The notes below the pieces were generated by a model that saw only the letters and a program-made list of their open reading frames with translations, ran no database searches and had not been told where the DNA came from. The position numbers and the translations under genes were made by a program. A DNA stretch of 38,839 nt from positions 1 to 38,839 of the IMG/VR virus record IMGVR_UViG_3300034980_000491; one strand, 5' to 3'. Every line of letters starts with the position of its first letter. Position 1 is the first letter of the stretch. Shown here in pieces: positions 1 to 8,185 of this stretch. Source of the stretch: a virus. Lineage: Duplodnaviria; Caudoviricetes.

Positions 1-2
1 GT

Positions 3-704
3 GCTCTTTTCGGTCGCGGGATGATTACCGCAGTGGCTCCACAGGAGATGGAGCAGGAGTATCGACGGGCGATGCTTTCAAGATCCCGATTGAATGTCGT
101 CAACGAATTACCGGAAGCAGATATTTTAAATTCGGAATCCGTGAAAGCTATTCTTGCGGGGGACAAGGTGGTGGGCCGAGAGATTCGGGAAGCCCCGTTT
201 TCCTTTCAGCCTCGTGCGGGGCATTTGTTTGCTGCCAACACCCTCCCGGGCGTTCGAGACATGACCCGGGGGTTCTGGCGTCGTTGGATTGTGATTCAGT
301 TCAATCGGGAATTCCAAGAGGGGCAACAGGATCGAACGATTGCTTCTCGAATCATTCAATCCGAATTACCAGCGATTGCGGCTTGGGCTTTGCGCGGAGC
401 CGTGAGAGTATTCCAAACGGGAGCCTATACAATTCCGAAATCCAGCGCGGAGGCGTTGAAGGAATGGCGAACGAATGCAGATCAAATAGCTCAGTTTCTC
501 GATCAGAAATGCGAAATCGAGAATGCAGATTGCGAATGGATGGCCAGTGGTCAGCTTTACACGGCGTACAGCGCGTGGACGATCCGGTCGGGTCACAGGA
601 GCATGAGCCAAACGAAATTCGGAAAAAGGCTTTCCTCGCTAGGCGTAAAGAAAGAGAGACGGCGTTCGGGAATTTTCTGGAGCGTGAAGGTCTCAGGGGA
701 GTAA
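3..704 (+). CDS. P4/D5-family phage primase-helicase, C-terminal part (5' truncated by the window edge)
   Basis: The frame is open from the window start. SF3 helicase-like motifs LNVVNELP, VKAILAGDKV, FAANTLP and GFWRRWIVIQF are followed by a winged-helix-like end (QFLDQKC...LYTAYSAW...SQTKFGKRL). Confidence 0.85.
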   Translation, partial: ALFGRGMITAVAPQEMEQEYRRAMLSRSRLNVVNELPEADILNSESVKAILAGDKVVGREIREAPFSFQPRAGHLFAANTLPGVRDMTRGFWRRWIVIQFNREFQEGQQDRTIASRIIQSELPAIAAWALRGAVRVFQTGAYTIPKSSAEALKEWRTNADQIAQFLDQKCEIENADCEWMASGQLYTAYSAWTIRSGHRSMSQTKFGKRLSSLGVKKERRRSGIFWSVKVSGE

Positions 705-710
705 TTCGAA

Positions 711-984
711 AAAGTGTGTAGGGTTAATCCGAAAGTGTGTAGGGTTGACCCCGATTTGTGTAGGGTTGAGAGGGGGGTCGGTAAAAAAGTCGTAATAAGG
801 GCCTTTTCGAACAGATTGAAACGGTCCATTTTTGGTGCCCAAACCCTACACGCCGAAGTCGTTGAAAGGATAGGCGTTTTCTCAAAAGTGTGTAGGGTTA
901 AGGGTTTTTTTGGGGAACCATCAACATAGTCTTTTTTTATCTGATAAAGGAGATGCCAGAAAAGCATACACAACTATACACACT
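711..984. repeat. Iteron-like repeat cluster, probable replication origin
   Basis: TGTGTAGGGTT at 715-725, 736-746, 757-767 (21-bp period) and 889-899. Inverted copy at 842-851, degenerate inverted copy at 972-984, with an AT-rich flank. Confidence 0.7.
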
Positions 985-1033
985 CTCTATTTAGGAATTT
1001 GAATTAGGTTTTTCGTAGAATTGGGTTTTTGAT

Positions 1034-1396
1034 ATGGCTACTTCGGAATTGAGTGAGCAGATACAGGTTGTGCGGAAGTTGAAAGCGGTTGGGATTCTTT
1101 TTTGTGCGGTTCCCAATGGTGGGTTCCGGCATAGGGGGGAAGCGGTGAGGTTGCGCCAGAGCGGGGTTCAGGCCGGGGTGCCTGACCTTCTGGTGTTCGA
1201 CCCTCCCCCGGGCATGGAGGGGAAGGTGGGGACCGCTCTGGAGATGAAGCGCGAGGGGATGACGAAGAGTTCTGTCAGCGTGCGCCAGAAAGAGTGGTTG
1301 GACAATTTGGAGGAGAGGGGGTGGGTTTCTCTGGTTGCTTTTGGCTGGAGAGATGCCATAAAAAAACTGACAAAACTAGGATATGAGATTGAATGA
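1034..1396 (+). CDS. VRR-NUC domain nuclease (PD-(D/E)xK, resolvase-like)
   Basis: AVPNGG...GVQAGVPDLLV...ALEMKR...QKEWLDNLEERGW is the typical VRR-NUC signature. Confidence 0.88.
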   Translation: MATSELSEQIQVVRKLKAVGILFCAVPNGGFRHRGEAVRLRQSGVQAGVPDLLVFDPPPGMEGKVGTALEMKREGMTKSSVSVRQKEWLDNLEERGWVSLVAFGWRDAIKKLTKLGYEIE

Positions 1397-1713
1397 TAAT
1401 GGGGGCACAACATCACAAAGGGGTTTGGAAGTGGCAGACGTTGGCGCGGTACAAGAATTTGACTCGGAAGCTGGTCAGTGAAGTTGGCGCGATGCAGGTT
1501 GCCGAAGTTGTCGAGGTGCAGGTCTCTGTGATTCGTCGATGGGCGCTTGATGGTGTGGCACCCCCGGAATACGCGGTTGAGTTGATGGAACAATATCTGG
1601 TTGATTTGAAATCCATTGAGAAGGACAGGGAGCGGAGCGCGGAGAGGGGAGACGCGGAAGAGTTTTTTGTGTTCTACAAGTGGGACGAGGAAGAGGGATG
1701 GCAAGTGTCCTGA
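1396..1713 (+). CDS. Hypothetical protein, possible HTH DNA-binding protein
   Basis: Overlaps the upstream stop codon. GAMQVAEVVEVQVSVIRRWALDG resembles a helix-turn-helix. Confidence 0.55.
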   Translation: MMGAQHHKGVWKWQTLARYKNLTRKLVSEVGAMQVAEVVEVQVSVIRRWALDGVAPPEYAVELMEQYLVDLKSIEKDRERSAERGDAEEFFVFYKWDEEEGWQVS

Positions 1714-1814
1714 TTGTTCTCGCTGCTTCTGTGGTTGCAGCGGGTGCGGCTCGCCTTGTTCTTTCGGTTGGGTTCTGGCTCATTGGAAAGCGGGGCGGGG
1801 TTGATGATGAGTGA
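1698..1814 (+). CDS. Small membrane peptide (38 aa, not in the ORF track)
   Basis: GAGGAAGAGGG precedes the ATG; product MASVLIVLAASVVAAGAARLVLSVGFWLIGKRGGVDDE. Confidence 0.4.
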   Translation: MASVLIVLAASVVAAGAARLVLSVGFWLIGKRGGVDDE

Positions 1815-1921
1815 CATTTTTGTTTTGGCTTTCTTGGAATGGTTTTTGTTTGCGGGGTGGTTTATCGGGATCGGCTGGTTCCGATGGGAAGGGCCTTGCT
1901 GTTTTGATCTGGGGAGAACAG

Positions 1922-2368
1922 ATGGGAAAGAAGAGCAGAGGAAAGGGCAAAGAGAACGCGATCAACGAGGAGATTCAGAAACGGATTGACTCCCGGGATT
2001 GTGGGCCGTGCGAGGTGTGCGATCAAAAGACGCCGTGTGGATGGCGACAGGGAATGCTGTTGGACAAACACCGGCCCAATTCCATCGGGGTTGTTTTGAC
2101 GGGGCATGAGGTTCCTGATTATGGCCCTGTTTTGACGTTCGTTGAGTGCCGAGATAGTGCGCTGGAGACAGCCGAGGTTGAGAGAGTTGTGTGGTCGATG
2201 GCTCAGGAAGTTCCGCTGATTGTGGCGAAATCAGATGGCTCGATTGTGTGTGCTCTTGGACCCGAGACAACCCTTGAAGGATTGGAAAAAGCATTGGGCA
2301 TGACGGATGATGAAATAGAAACAATTGAGAAGAAAAAAGGAGCAAAGCCATCTATCATTTCGCTGTGA
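1922..2368 (+). CDS. Hypothetical protein with CxxCxxC cluster
   Basis: GGAG upstream of ATG 1922; RDCGPCEVC...TPCGW...HRPNSIGVV. Confidence 0.6.
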   Translation: MGKKSRGKGKENAINEEIQKRIDSRDCGPCEVCDQKTPCGWRQGMLLDKHRPNSIGVVLTGHEVPDYGPVLTFVECRDSALETAEVERVVWSMAQEVPLIVAKSDGSIVCALGPETTLEGLEKALGMTDDEIETIEKKKGAKPSIISL

Positions 2369-2624
2369 GTCTGTAGTTTTTCTGTTTCATTTCAGTCGGT
2401 CATGGTCTAGGGTGAACTTACGATTCGCTCGTGTACGTTTGAAATTTGGAATTAATGGATGGTAAATCGAATTTTGCAAGACGTTGTTTTTATTGATGAA
2501 TTCAGGGGCACAAAAGCCTCTTGTTTTTTTGTGACCACTCGGTCGCGTTTTGTTCTAAACAGCGATTTTTCCTGCGCGGCGCGGGGCCTCGCCTCGTGCG
2601 CGTGCGCGAAGGGGGGAAATTCCG

Positions 2625-3227
2625 ATGGCTGACGGCGACGAAAAACTGCTCGACGGAATCCGTCTCCCGGTGCGGAAAACGACCCCCGGAAGATGGACCG
2701 AAGCAGAAGAGCAGGAGTGGCTTGACGTAATCGAGATTTTGATGTCTCGGGGTGTCCGTCGCTATCACGTTTTGGCGCGTATGACGGGCATGACTCCCCC
2801 AGCCGCTAAACGCCTCATGGGGCTAATCAAAAAGGATTGGGCGGAGTCAATGCCGCAGGCGCTCTTAAACGAGAGAAGAGAAAACCTGTACCGCGAAGCT
2901 GAAGAGGTTTCCCGGCTCGCGTGGACCGCTGCGATGAACAACGAAAGCCCGACGATCCGCCTGTCCTACCTGAAGACCGTTTTGGAAGCGAACAAGCGCA
3001 AGGCGTCTCTGGTTGGCCTCGACCGGGTAGAGTTGCAGATTGATGCCCGTGTGCAGTCTCACGAGACTGTGGACGTTGTTTCGAAGGTGGAGCAGCGTTT
3101 CAGCTTGGCCCCGGGCGCTCTGGCCAACATCGGCAAGTCTGCGGCTCTTCTCCTGTCCCGACCGGACAACGACGACGACGAAGATGAGATGGTGATCGAC
3201 GTAGAGCCGGAACCCGTTCCCGCGTAA
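2625..3227 (+). CDS. Probable terminase small subunit
   Basis: N-terminal HTH-like region, helical middle, KRKASLVGLD (TerS-like RxxLLGLD motif) and an acidic tail ending VIDVEPE. Confidence 0.6.
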   Translation: MADGDEKLLDGIRLPVRKTTPGRWTEAEEQEWLDVIEILMSRGVRRYHVLARMTGMTPPAAKRLMGLIKKDWAESMPQALLNERRENLYREAEEVSRLAWTAAMNNESPTIRLSYLKTVLEANKRKASLVGLDRVELQIDARVQSHETVDVVSKVEQRFSLAPGALANIGKSAALLLSRPDNDDDEDEMVIDVEPEPVPA

Positions 3228-3711
3228 CGCATCCCACCGCCAGAACCCCCAAAAACCCATTTTCAAGTGCCTGTAATCGTTGGCCTTTTCGCAACGTCTG
3301 ATAACGTGTATTATGTAAACTTCATGGCCCTCAAGTGGTAAAAAACCCAACAAAACCAATGCCTTACCTGTGGTCTATAGGGGAAAACCCGGAGGCTTAG
3401 ATTTCGAGAATTTCGTGATTGGTGGGATGGCGTCCCGCTATTTCATGGTCCCCACATCCCACCGACCGCTTGATTTTACGAGAAAGCCCCTTGCGAAGAT
3501 GAAAGACGATCTGACGTTTTCGATTGCTTGTCTTTTCTCGTCGCCCTCTTGCAAAGGTGAAAGCAACGGGCCAGCGTTGTTTGACTACGAATGGATTTCC
3601 AAGGTTCCGATCAATGCGTTTTCTTTCGAAAAAGGCAGTCGATCAAGAGGGAATCTTTTTTGTCATTTTTTCGATTAGTCATAATCTGGAGATGTGGCGG
3701 GGAGGTGAGTC

Positions 3712-3939
3712 GTGAAAGAGGGAGATTGGATTGTCGATAGGACGTGCTCCCTGAGACCGCGTGTTGGCAAGATAATCACGATGTCTCCATCCTACCTCAC
3801 GATCCATTGGTTGACTGCATCACAACATGAGTGGGTGGCTTCAATGGATTCTGTGGTTCAGGACTTACAGACGGGCCTCTGGGAACATCGACCCGCCGCA
3901 CCTTGGCCGACCCGGATTTTCAGGGATCGGCTGTATTAG
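3712..3939 (+). CDS. Hypothetical protein
   Basis: Strong RBS GGAGGTG before GTG; MKEGDWIV start suggests a small beta-barrel. Confidence 0.55.
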   Translation: MKEGDWIVDRTCSLRPRVGKIITMSPSYLTIHWLTASQHEWVASMDSVVQDLQTGLWEHRPAAPWPTRIFRDRLY

Positions 3940-4046
3940 GTTTTCAAGACGTTGGGGGTTTCCTGTGTTGTGCTGGTGGGCTTTCGAAACCGGCTGGATT
4001 TTGTATTGCTGGGTTTGATTCTGTTGTTCCTGTTGAGGTTGATGTT

Positions 4047-4421
4047 GTGAATGTTGGTGCTGTTGGTGGAGTTGGTGCAGGAGCCGGGGCAGGCGCGGGC
4101 GCAAGCGCAAGCGCGGGTGCGGGCGCAGCAAATGGCGCAGGAAGCGTCTCAGGCGCGTCCGCCGCTGTTGAACCGGGGCAACACCAGCCCGGGAAGCCTC
4201 CAGCGTCCTCTGAGGGCGGCTCTGGGGCGGAGGAAGCATCCAAGGCCGATGGTCGGGCGTGCTATCCCCCCGGATCCTCTTCGATGGACACTCAGACGTT
4301 TTTGTCGATCCACAACATGGCGATCCAAGAGAGCCAGCCTACCGAAGGCATCGACTGGAAGAAGTTGATTGAAATGATGATGGCGATTGAGTTACTCAAG
4401 GCGATGAACGAGAACGGCTAG
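4047..4421 (+). CDS. Hypothetical protein with Gly/Ala-rich N-terminus
   Basis: GAGGT at 4035-4039 precedes an in-frame GTG. C-terminus MDTQTFLSIHN...WKKLIEMMMAIELLKAM is protein-like. Confidence 0.55.
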   Translation: MNVGAVGGVGAGAGAGAGASASAGAGAANGAGSVSGASAAVEPGQHQPGKPPASSEGGSGAEEASKADGRACYPPGSSSMDTQTFLSIHNMAIQESQPTEGIDWKKLIEMMMAIELLKAMNENG

Positions 4422-4606
4422 TGTCCCCCGTCAACCCTGCTCCCCCATTCATGTTCGCAATCCGTACAGCGCATGGCATAGACCCGGATTTGGAAGTTCG
4501 CTCCCGTATCCTCGGGATCCGGCTCTACGCGGACCCATTCCGCATCACTTGAATTGCACTCGGGGCAAGGGTCGATCCATCGTTTGAAGTCGTGTGGATC
4601 TGTCAT
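4418..4606 (-). CDS. Small zinc-ribbon protein
   Basis: CPEC...CTDC pair; GGTGGA upstream of ATG 4606. Confidence 0.65.
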   Translation of the reverse strand: MTDPHDFKRWIDPCPECNSSDAEWVRVEPDPEDTGANFQIRVYAMRCTDCEHEWGSRVDGGH

Positions 4607-4614
4607 GTGTCCAC

Positions 4615-4749
4615 CTACAGCATGAACAGGAGCGTGATAATAGCGACCACGCAAACAAGGCCAGCAAGGTCTTCGAGGATATCCGTGTTTCTGTTGTCTT
4701 GGATTCTCTCTACCATTCGTCTTCGGTTCTTCGTGTTCTTGTCGTTCAT
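4615..4749 (-). CDS. Small membrane protein (44 aa, not in the ORF track)
   Basis: AAAGGAG RBS; product MNDKNTKNRRRMVERIQDNRNTDILEDLAGLVCVVAIITLLFML. Confidence 0.55.
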   Translation of the reverse strand: MNDKNTKNRRRMVERIQDNRNTDILEDLAGLVCVVAIITLLFML

Positions 4750-4809
4750 GCCTGTTCTCCTTTGTTCGTTTCCTGATTGTTTGATCGACTTCGGGACTTC
4801 CGCAAATTT

Positions 4810-5229
4810 TTATTGGTTGTCCCACAATGCCTCAAGGTCTGCCACGTCTTCGGCGTCCAACACGGGGGCCTGTTCTCGCCCCTTGACCCGTCCAAGACTC
4901 CCAAGCACCGGGGGGTCAAGCAAGATGGTGTCACCGTTGACCGTGTGAATTCGAGTGGTCAGCGTTCGTGGTGATTGCCGGTTCTTGAGCATGAACCTCG
5001 CCCGTCGGATGTGCTCAGGTAGCTCCGCACGTCGGCTCCCGATGCTTGCAATCCGCTTCAGGTCTTCTTCTTCGCACGACCCCCGTACAACGTCGTCCTG
5101 CTCGATTCCTTGGAGCATGATCTGCCCCCAGATTTCCAGCCGTGCAAGTTTGGCTTCCTGCCCTTCTCGCGTCTCACGTATCGAAGCAATCATTTGCAGG
5201 ATTCGCCCGCCCTTCTCTTTCGGTGTCAT
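4810..5229 (-). CDS. Early hypothetical protein ending in the EQAPVLDAEDVADLEALWDNQ peptide
   Basis: AAGGAGAAAGGG RBS before ATG 5229. The last 21 codons match 18043-18105. Confidence 0.75.
   Translation of the reverse strand: MTPKEKGGRILQMIASIRETREGQEAKLARLEIWGQIMLQGIEQDDVVRGSCEEEDLKRIASIGSRRAELPEHIRRARFMLKNRQSPRTLTTRIHTVNGDTILLDPPVLGSLGRVKGREQAPVLDAEDVADLEALWDNQ
4813..4875 (-). repeat. 63-bp dispersed inverted repeat, copy 1 (partner 18043-18105)
   Basis: 56/63 nt and 17/21 aa identical by manual alignment. Confidence 0.9.
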
Positions 5230-5450
5230 GCCCTTTCTCCTTTCCGCAACGCGGCCTCGACCCCAAGCACAACGGTCATTCGACCGGGTGTGCATGGACT
5301 GAATTCTGTCACCACTTCCCATCGCCCGTTGATCTTGGCTTGCGCTGCTACCAGCCTACCGAGATACAGCAACCGGATATCCTGCCTCAGAATCTCCTCG
5401 GGGTAGCTTTCCGTTCTCCGCGAGGTCACATAGTCAATTCTATTTCTCAT
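5226..5450 (-). CDS. Hypothetical protein
   Basis: Overlaps both neighbouring genes; AGGA upstream. Confidence 0.6.
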   Translation of the reverse strand: MRNRIDYVTSRRTESYPEEILRQDIRLLYLGRLVAAQAKINGRWEVVTEFSPCTPGRMTVVLGVEAALRKGERA

Positions 5451-5862
5451 CTGTCCTATCCTTTAGAGGCTCGCGCCTCCAACTGTTTAGCCCTGAACAG
5501 CACCCCGCCCCCACGGACAGGCTCTTCTTTAGCCGCTCCGCCGTCTCTGCGTCCGCGTCGAGGATTAGCCCACACAGGTGCCTCTCCCCGTTCCATCGAA
5601 GCTCCGGGCAGGGACCGCTGGTCAGTGCGCCGTCATGCGCCCTTTGCGCCTCGTGACACGGGGCCTTCCAACAGCAATAGCCAGAACCTATGCAGGGCTT
5701 CGGTTTGATGTCGTAGTCTTCGTCTTCCAAGGCTCTGTCTTTATCCAGCAATCGTAGCAATACCGTCCTCCGTTCCTTGCCTTTCGATAGGCGGACCCGC
5801 ACTCCTTGCAGTGTGTTGCACCTTTCGCTCCCCTCTGGAGTTCGGAAAGCGTTTTCTGCCAA
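5440..5862 (-). CDS. Cys-rich hypothetical protein (start uncertain, possibly TTG at 5730)
   Basis: PCIGSGYCCWKAPC...CPELRW...LCGL...GAGCCSGLNSWRR. An overlapping frame (stop 5688) carries CKEC...CYDC and may be a separate zinc-finger gene. Confidence 0.6.
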   Translation of the reverse strand: MAENAFRTPEGSERCNTLQGVRVRLSKGKERRTVLLRLLDKDRALEDEDYDIKPKPCIGSGYCCWKAPCHEAQRAHDGALTSGPCPELRWNGERHLCGLILDADAETAERLKKSLSVGAGCCSGLNSWRREPLKDRTDEK

Positions 5863-6357
5863 TCAACCAAAACAAAACTCCCGCTGGTCACTCGTGCTCT
5901 CCTCAACGACGGGGGCTTCCTCAACGCTCAGGGCCGGGGTGGATTGCTTCCGAATTGCACGACGGATGCACATCATGCCGTTTTGCTGGTTTCGGATGTT
6001 CTCCATCCACGTTGCCGCGAACGTGCGATTTGCACGGACCCGACCGGGGGAGAACTTGGAAATCTCCCCGTCCTCGAAATACACAGCAACCTGATACCCA
6101 AAGCTGTCTTGGTAGGTCACAGGAATCCACTGACCGGAATCGGTGCGATGGAAAGTCATATCCGGGTCGCAGCACCTATCCCCATTCTGGGTGTAGTAGT
6201 GAGCGACCGAGTAGACGGTCTCAGAAAGGCGGTCAACGTGAACGGCCATGAATGACCCTTTGCTGTTGTCGATCTTGTACGCCTCTCCAATCTCCAGACC
6301 CTTGGTCAGAGTGTCGAGCATTTCCTCTGCCCTTTTTGATACATGAAACCTTGTCAT
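5863..6357 (-). CDS. Conserved phage/plasmid protein, DUF6908/DUF1249-like
   Basis: FMAVHVD...YSVAHYYTQNGD..CDPDMTF...FAATWMENIRNQ; strong RBS. Confidence 0.7.
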   Translation of the reverse strand: MTRFHVSKRAEEMLDTLTKGLEIGEAYKIDNSKGSFMAVHVDRLSETVYSVAHYYTQNGDRCCDPDMTFHRTDSGQWIPVTYQDSFGYQVAVYFEDGEISKFSPGRVRANRTFAATWMENIRNQQNGMMCIRRAIRKQSTPALSVEEAPVVEESTSDQREFCFG

Positions 6358-6391
6358 TTCCCTTTCTCCTTGCCCCTGTTCAGGGGGCTGT

Positions 6392-6667
6392 TTATGAAGT
6401 AGCAATCAGGAACAAGACGATTCGGTTGATCGCCTCGTCACCGCTCTCTCGAATGTGGGACCAATCCCAACACTGATCCTCGGCCCAATCCCGCGTGACC
6501 TTTCCGAAACCATCACCAAGCAAGTACGCCTGCTCCCAACGACCGTGACGAAGACCGTTCCCGATGGAATGCTTGCCTTTGGGATGAAGGCGATCCATCA
6601 CATAGACACGAGCCTCGGAAGGGTTGGAAAAGAGATAAGCGATGATTTCAGAATTGATATTGCCCAC
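6392..6667 (-). CDS. Hypothetical protein
   Basis: Hairpin plus AAAGGAG RBS before GTG; contains WDWSHIRES. Confidence 0.7.
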   Translation of the reverse strand: MGNINSEIIAYLFSNPSEARVYVMDRLHPKGKHSIGNGLRHGRWEQAYLLGDGFGKVTRDWAEDQCWDWSHIRESGDEAINRIVLFLIATS

Positions 6668-6696
6668 GGCAATTCTCCTTTGGCCCGTAGGCCGGT

Positions 6697-6981
6697 TTAG
6701 TAACCAAGCCCCTCTGCCATCACTTCGTACTTCTCCAAAGATCCATCAAGAGAAACGTCCATGAGACGCGCCTCGAACGCAGCGTTCTCCGCCAACTCAG
6801 CTTCATAGGCCGCGAGGGAACTGGAATACTCCAAGAGCGATTCCAACTCGGCCTCGGCCTGCGCCAGAGTGATAGTGTCGGAACGCATCCAACGCGGACG
6901 GATTCCGTGGATGTCCTTGTAGACATCGGAATAGAGGGAGAGTGTGTTTTCGAGGTCGGAGAGTGTGTTTTGGTTCAGCAT
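6697..6981 (-). CDS. Phage early hypothetical protein (YSDxYKDxHGxRPR type)
   Basis: LYSDVYKDIHGIRPR motif; first gene after the promoter at 7025-7053. Confidence 0.7.
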   Translation of the reverse strand: MLNQNTLSDLENTLSLYSDVYKDIHGIRPRWMRSDTITLAQAEAELESLLEYSSSLAAYEAELAENAAFEARLMDVSLDGSLEKYEVMAEGLGY

Positions 6982-7024
6982 TTTGTTTTCCCTTTCGTTT
7001 TCGTTTTTGTTTCTTCTGACGCTG

Positions 7025-7076
7025 ACATTACGCTTATCTCGTACCCCCGTCAACCCAATAGTACGCTTTTCTCGTA
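7025..7076 (-). promoter_or_regulatory. Sigma70-like early promoter with two palindromic boxes
   Basis: TTGACG-17 bp-TAATGT. Boxes TACGC-N5-TCGTA at 7029-7043 and 7062-7076. Confidence 0.75.
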
Positions 7077-7110
7077 AGTATTTCACAAACGCCGGAAATG
7101 ATTACTTTTT

Positions 7111-7506
7111 TTATTCGCTCTGAGACCAGACTCTTTGCGCTTTTCGCATTTGTCGGGCCTTTTGTTTCTTCTCTTTCCGGGCCTTTTTCTTCTCTGCTTT
7201 GTTGGTGCCCGAAGTGGGAGTCGAACCCACACGCCCCACAGGAGCAACGGATTTTAAGTCCGTTGTGTCTACCAGTTTCACCATTCGGGCTTCGAGGTCT
7301 TGCATCCGTGTGTCGAGTTCAACAACAACGGTTTGCAGTTCTTCGAGTGTCTTGATCATCTCGTCTTCGGATTCGATGCTCCGCTCTTCAATCTTTGTCT
7401 TCTCGGAGTAGAGTTCAACTACAGATCCCGCGAGTCCAATCAGCGCGATTGCTACGCCGCTCCATGTGGCGACTCCGGTCATTGTCCGTTTCTTTGTCTC
7501 GGTCAT
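7111..7506 (-). CDS. Membrane-anchored coiled-coil protein reading through tRNA-Leu
   Basis: GAGGAG RBS, 4-nt overlap with the upstream gene, hydrophobic helix, heptad repeats and a Lys-rich tail. Confidence 0.6.
   Translation of the reverse strand: MTETKKRTMTGVATWSGVAIALIGLAGSVVELYSEKTKIEERSIESEDEMIKTLEELQTVVVELDTRMQDLEARMVKLVDTTDLKSVAPVGRVGSTPTSGTNKAEKKKARKEKKQKARQMRKAQRVWSQSE
7203..7290 (-). tRNA. tRNA-Leu(UAA), CCA encoded
   Basis: GCCCGAA/TTCGGGC acceptor stem, D arm with TGG, ACGGA-CTTAAAA-TCCGT anticodon arm, long variable arm, GGTTCGACTCC and ACCA end. Confidence 0.95.
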
Positions 7507-7676
7507 TTGCTTTCTCCTCGAACAAGTTCGATGTATTGGATTAGGTATCCAGCATATCCCTTGTGGAGTGTTATGCCGTCAAGCTCAAAGACCGGCCCCT
7601 CGCATTCTTTGTGAGCCTTCTTCAGGCGTTTCAGGAATGCCGCGTCGGTTGGAATCTGCGGTCTCTCGTCTACCAT
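7503..7676 (-). CDS. Hypothetical protein
   Basis: GGAGG RBS; LKRLKKAH...FELDG...GYAGYLIQYIE. Confidence 0.65.
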   Translation of the reverse strand: MVDERPQIPTDAAFLKRLKKAHKECEGPVFELDGITLHKGYAGYLIQYIELVRGESK

Positions 7677-8029
7677 GTCTCTTCCTCCTGTCTGTCTGCC
7701 AAGGCAATCTTGACCCGTGACATTTGCTCTTCTTTCCAAAGAACTTCCGCTTCCCTCAGAGTCAGTTCTTTTTCTCTTTTCTCGTATTGTTCTCGAATCC
7801 AGTCGTTTCGGGTCTTGCCCGTGTTGGACGTTCGGTTGTGCTCTCGGAGTTCGTGGACAAGCCGTGACACGTCGTCTCCAGCGTGGTCAAGGTAAACCCC
7901 TTGTCTGTTGATCTGGATGTCGTGTCGCTTGAGGTACTTCTTTGCGATTCCACACAGTCCGCTCTTGCCTGCTTCGAACCGTCGCTTTTGCGCGGTGATG
8001 ATCTTATCGATTTCCTTCTTGCCATCCAT
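7670..8029 (-). CDS. Hypothetical protein
   Basis: TAAGGA RBS before ATG 8029; overlaps the next gene. Confidence 0.65.
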   Translation of the reverse strand: MDGKKEIDKIITAQKRRFEAGKSGLCGIAKKYLKRHDIQINRQGVYLDHAGDDVSRLVHELREHNRTSNTGKTRNDWIREQYEKREKELTLREAEVLWKEEQMSRVKIALADRQEEETW

Positions 8030-8042
8030 TGCGTTCCTTAAA

Positions 8043-8099
8043 TAGCCGGTGTGCCCCACGCTGGTACATCCAGCGTCTCAAAGCAGGGCACACCGGCTA
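8043..8099 (-). other. Stable stem-loop directly 3' of tRNA-Lys
   Basis: Perfect 14-bp stem TAGCCGGTGTGCCC/GGGCACACCGGCTA enclosing a 7-bp stem ACGCTGG/CCAGCGT. Confidence 0.6.
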
Positions 8100-8107
8100 A
8101 AGCAAAG

Positions 8108-8180
8108 TGAGCCGGGTGGGGTTCGAACCCACGACCCAAGGATTAAAAGTCCTTTGCTCTGCCACCTGAGCTACCGGCCC
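8108..8180 (-). tRNA. tRNA-Lys(UUU), CCA not encoded
   Basis: GGGCCGG/CCGGCTC acceptor stem, TAGCTCAG D arm, AAGGA-CTTTTAA-TCCTT anticodon arm, GGTTCGAACCC. Confidence 0.93.
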
Positions 8181-8185
8181 CTGTT

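Noticed and set aside
711-899. TAGGGTT repeats as telomeric repeats or a CRISPR array
   Set aside because: The units are 11 bp with 10-bp gaps and mixed orientation. They are neither tandem telomere hexamers nor CRISPR repeat-spacer sized, and no cas genes are present.
3370-3715. ORFs 3370-3678 and 3524-3715
   Set aside because: No convincing RBS or protein-like features; more likely an intergenic or regulatory region.
3865-4368. Alternative Pro/Ala-rich or Gln-rich ORFs over the low-complexity tract
   Set aside because: They arise from the GC-rich low-complexity repeat. The 4047-4421 frame has an RBS and a protein-like C-terminus.
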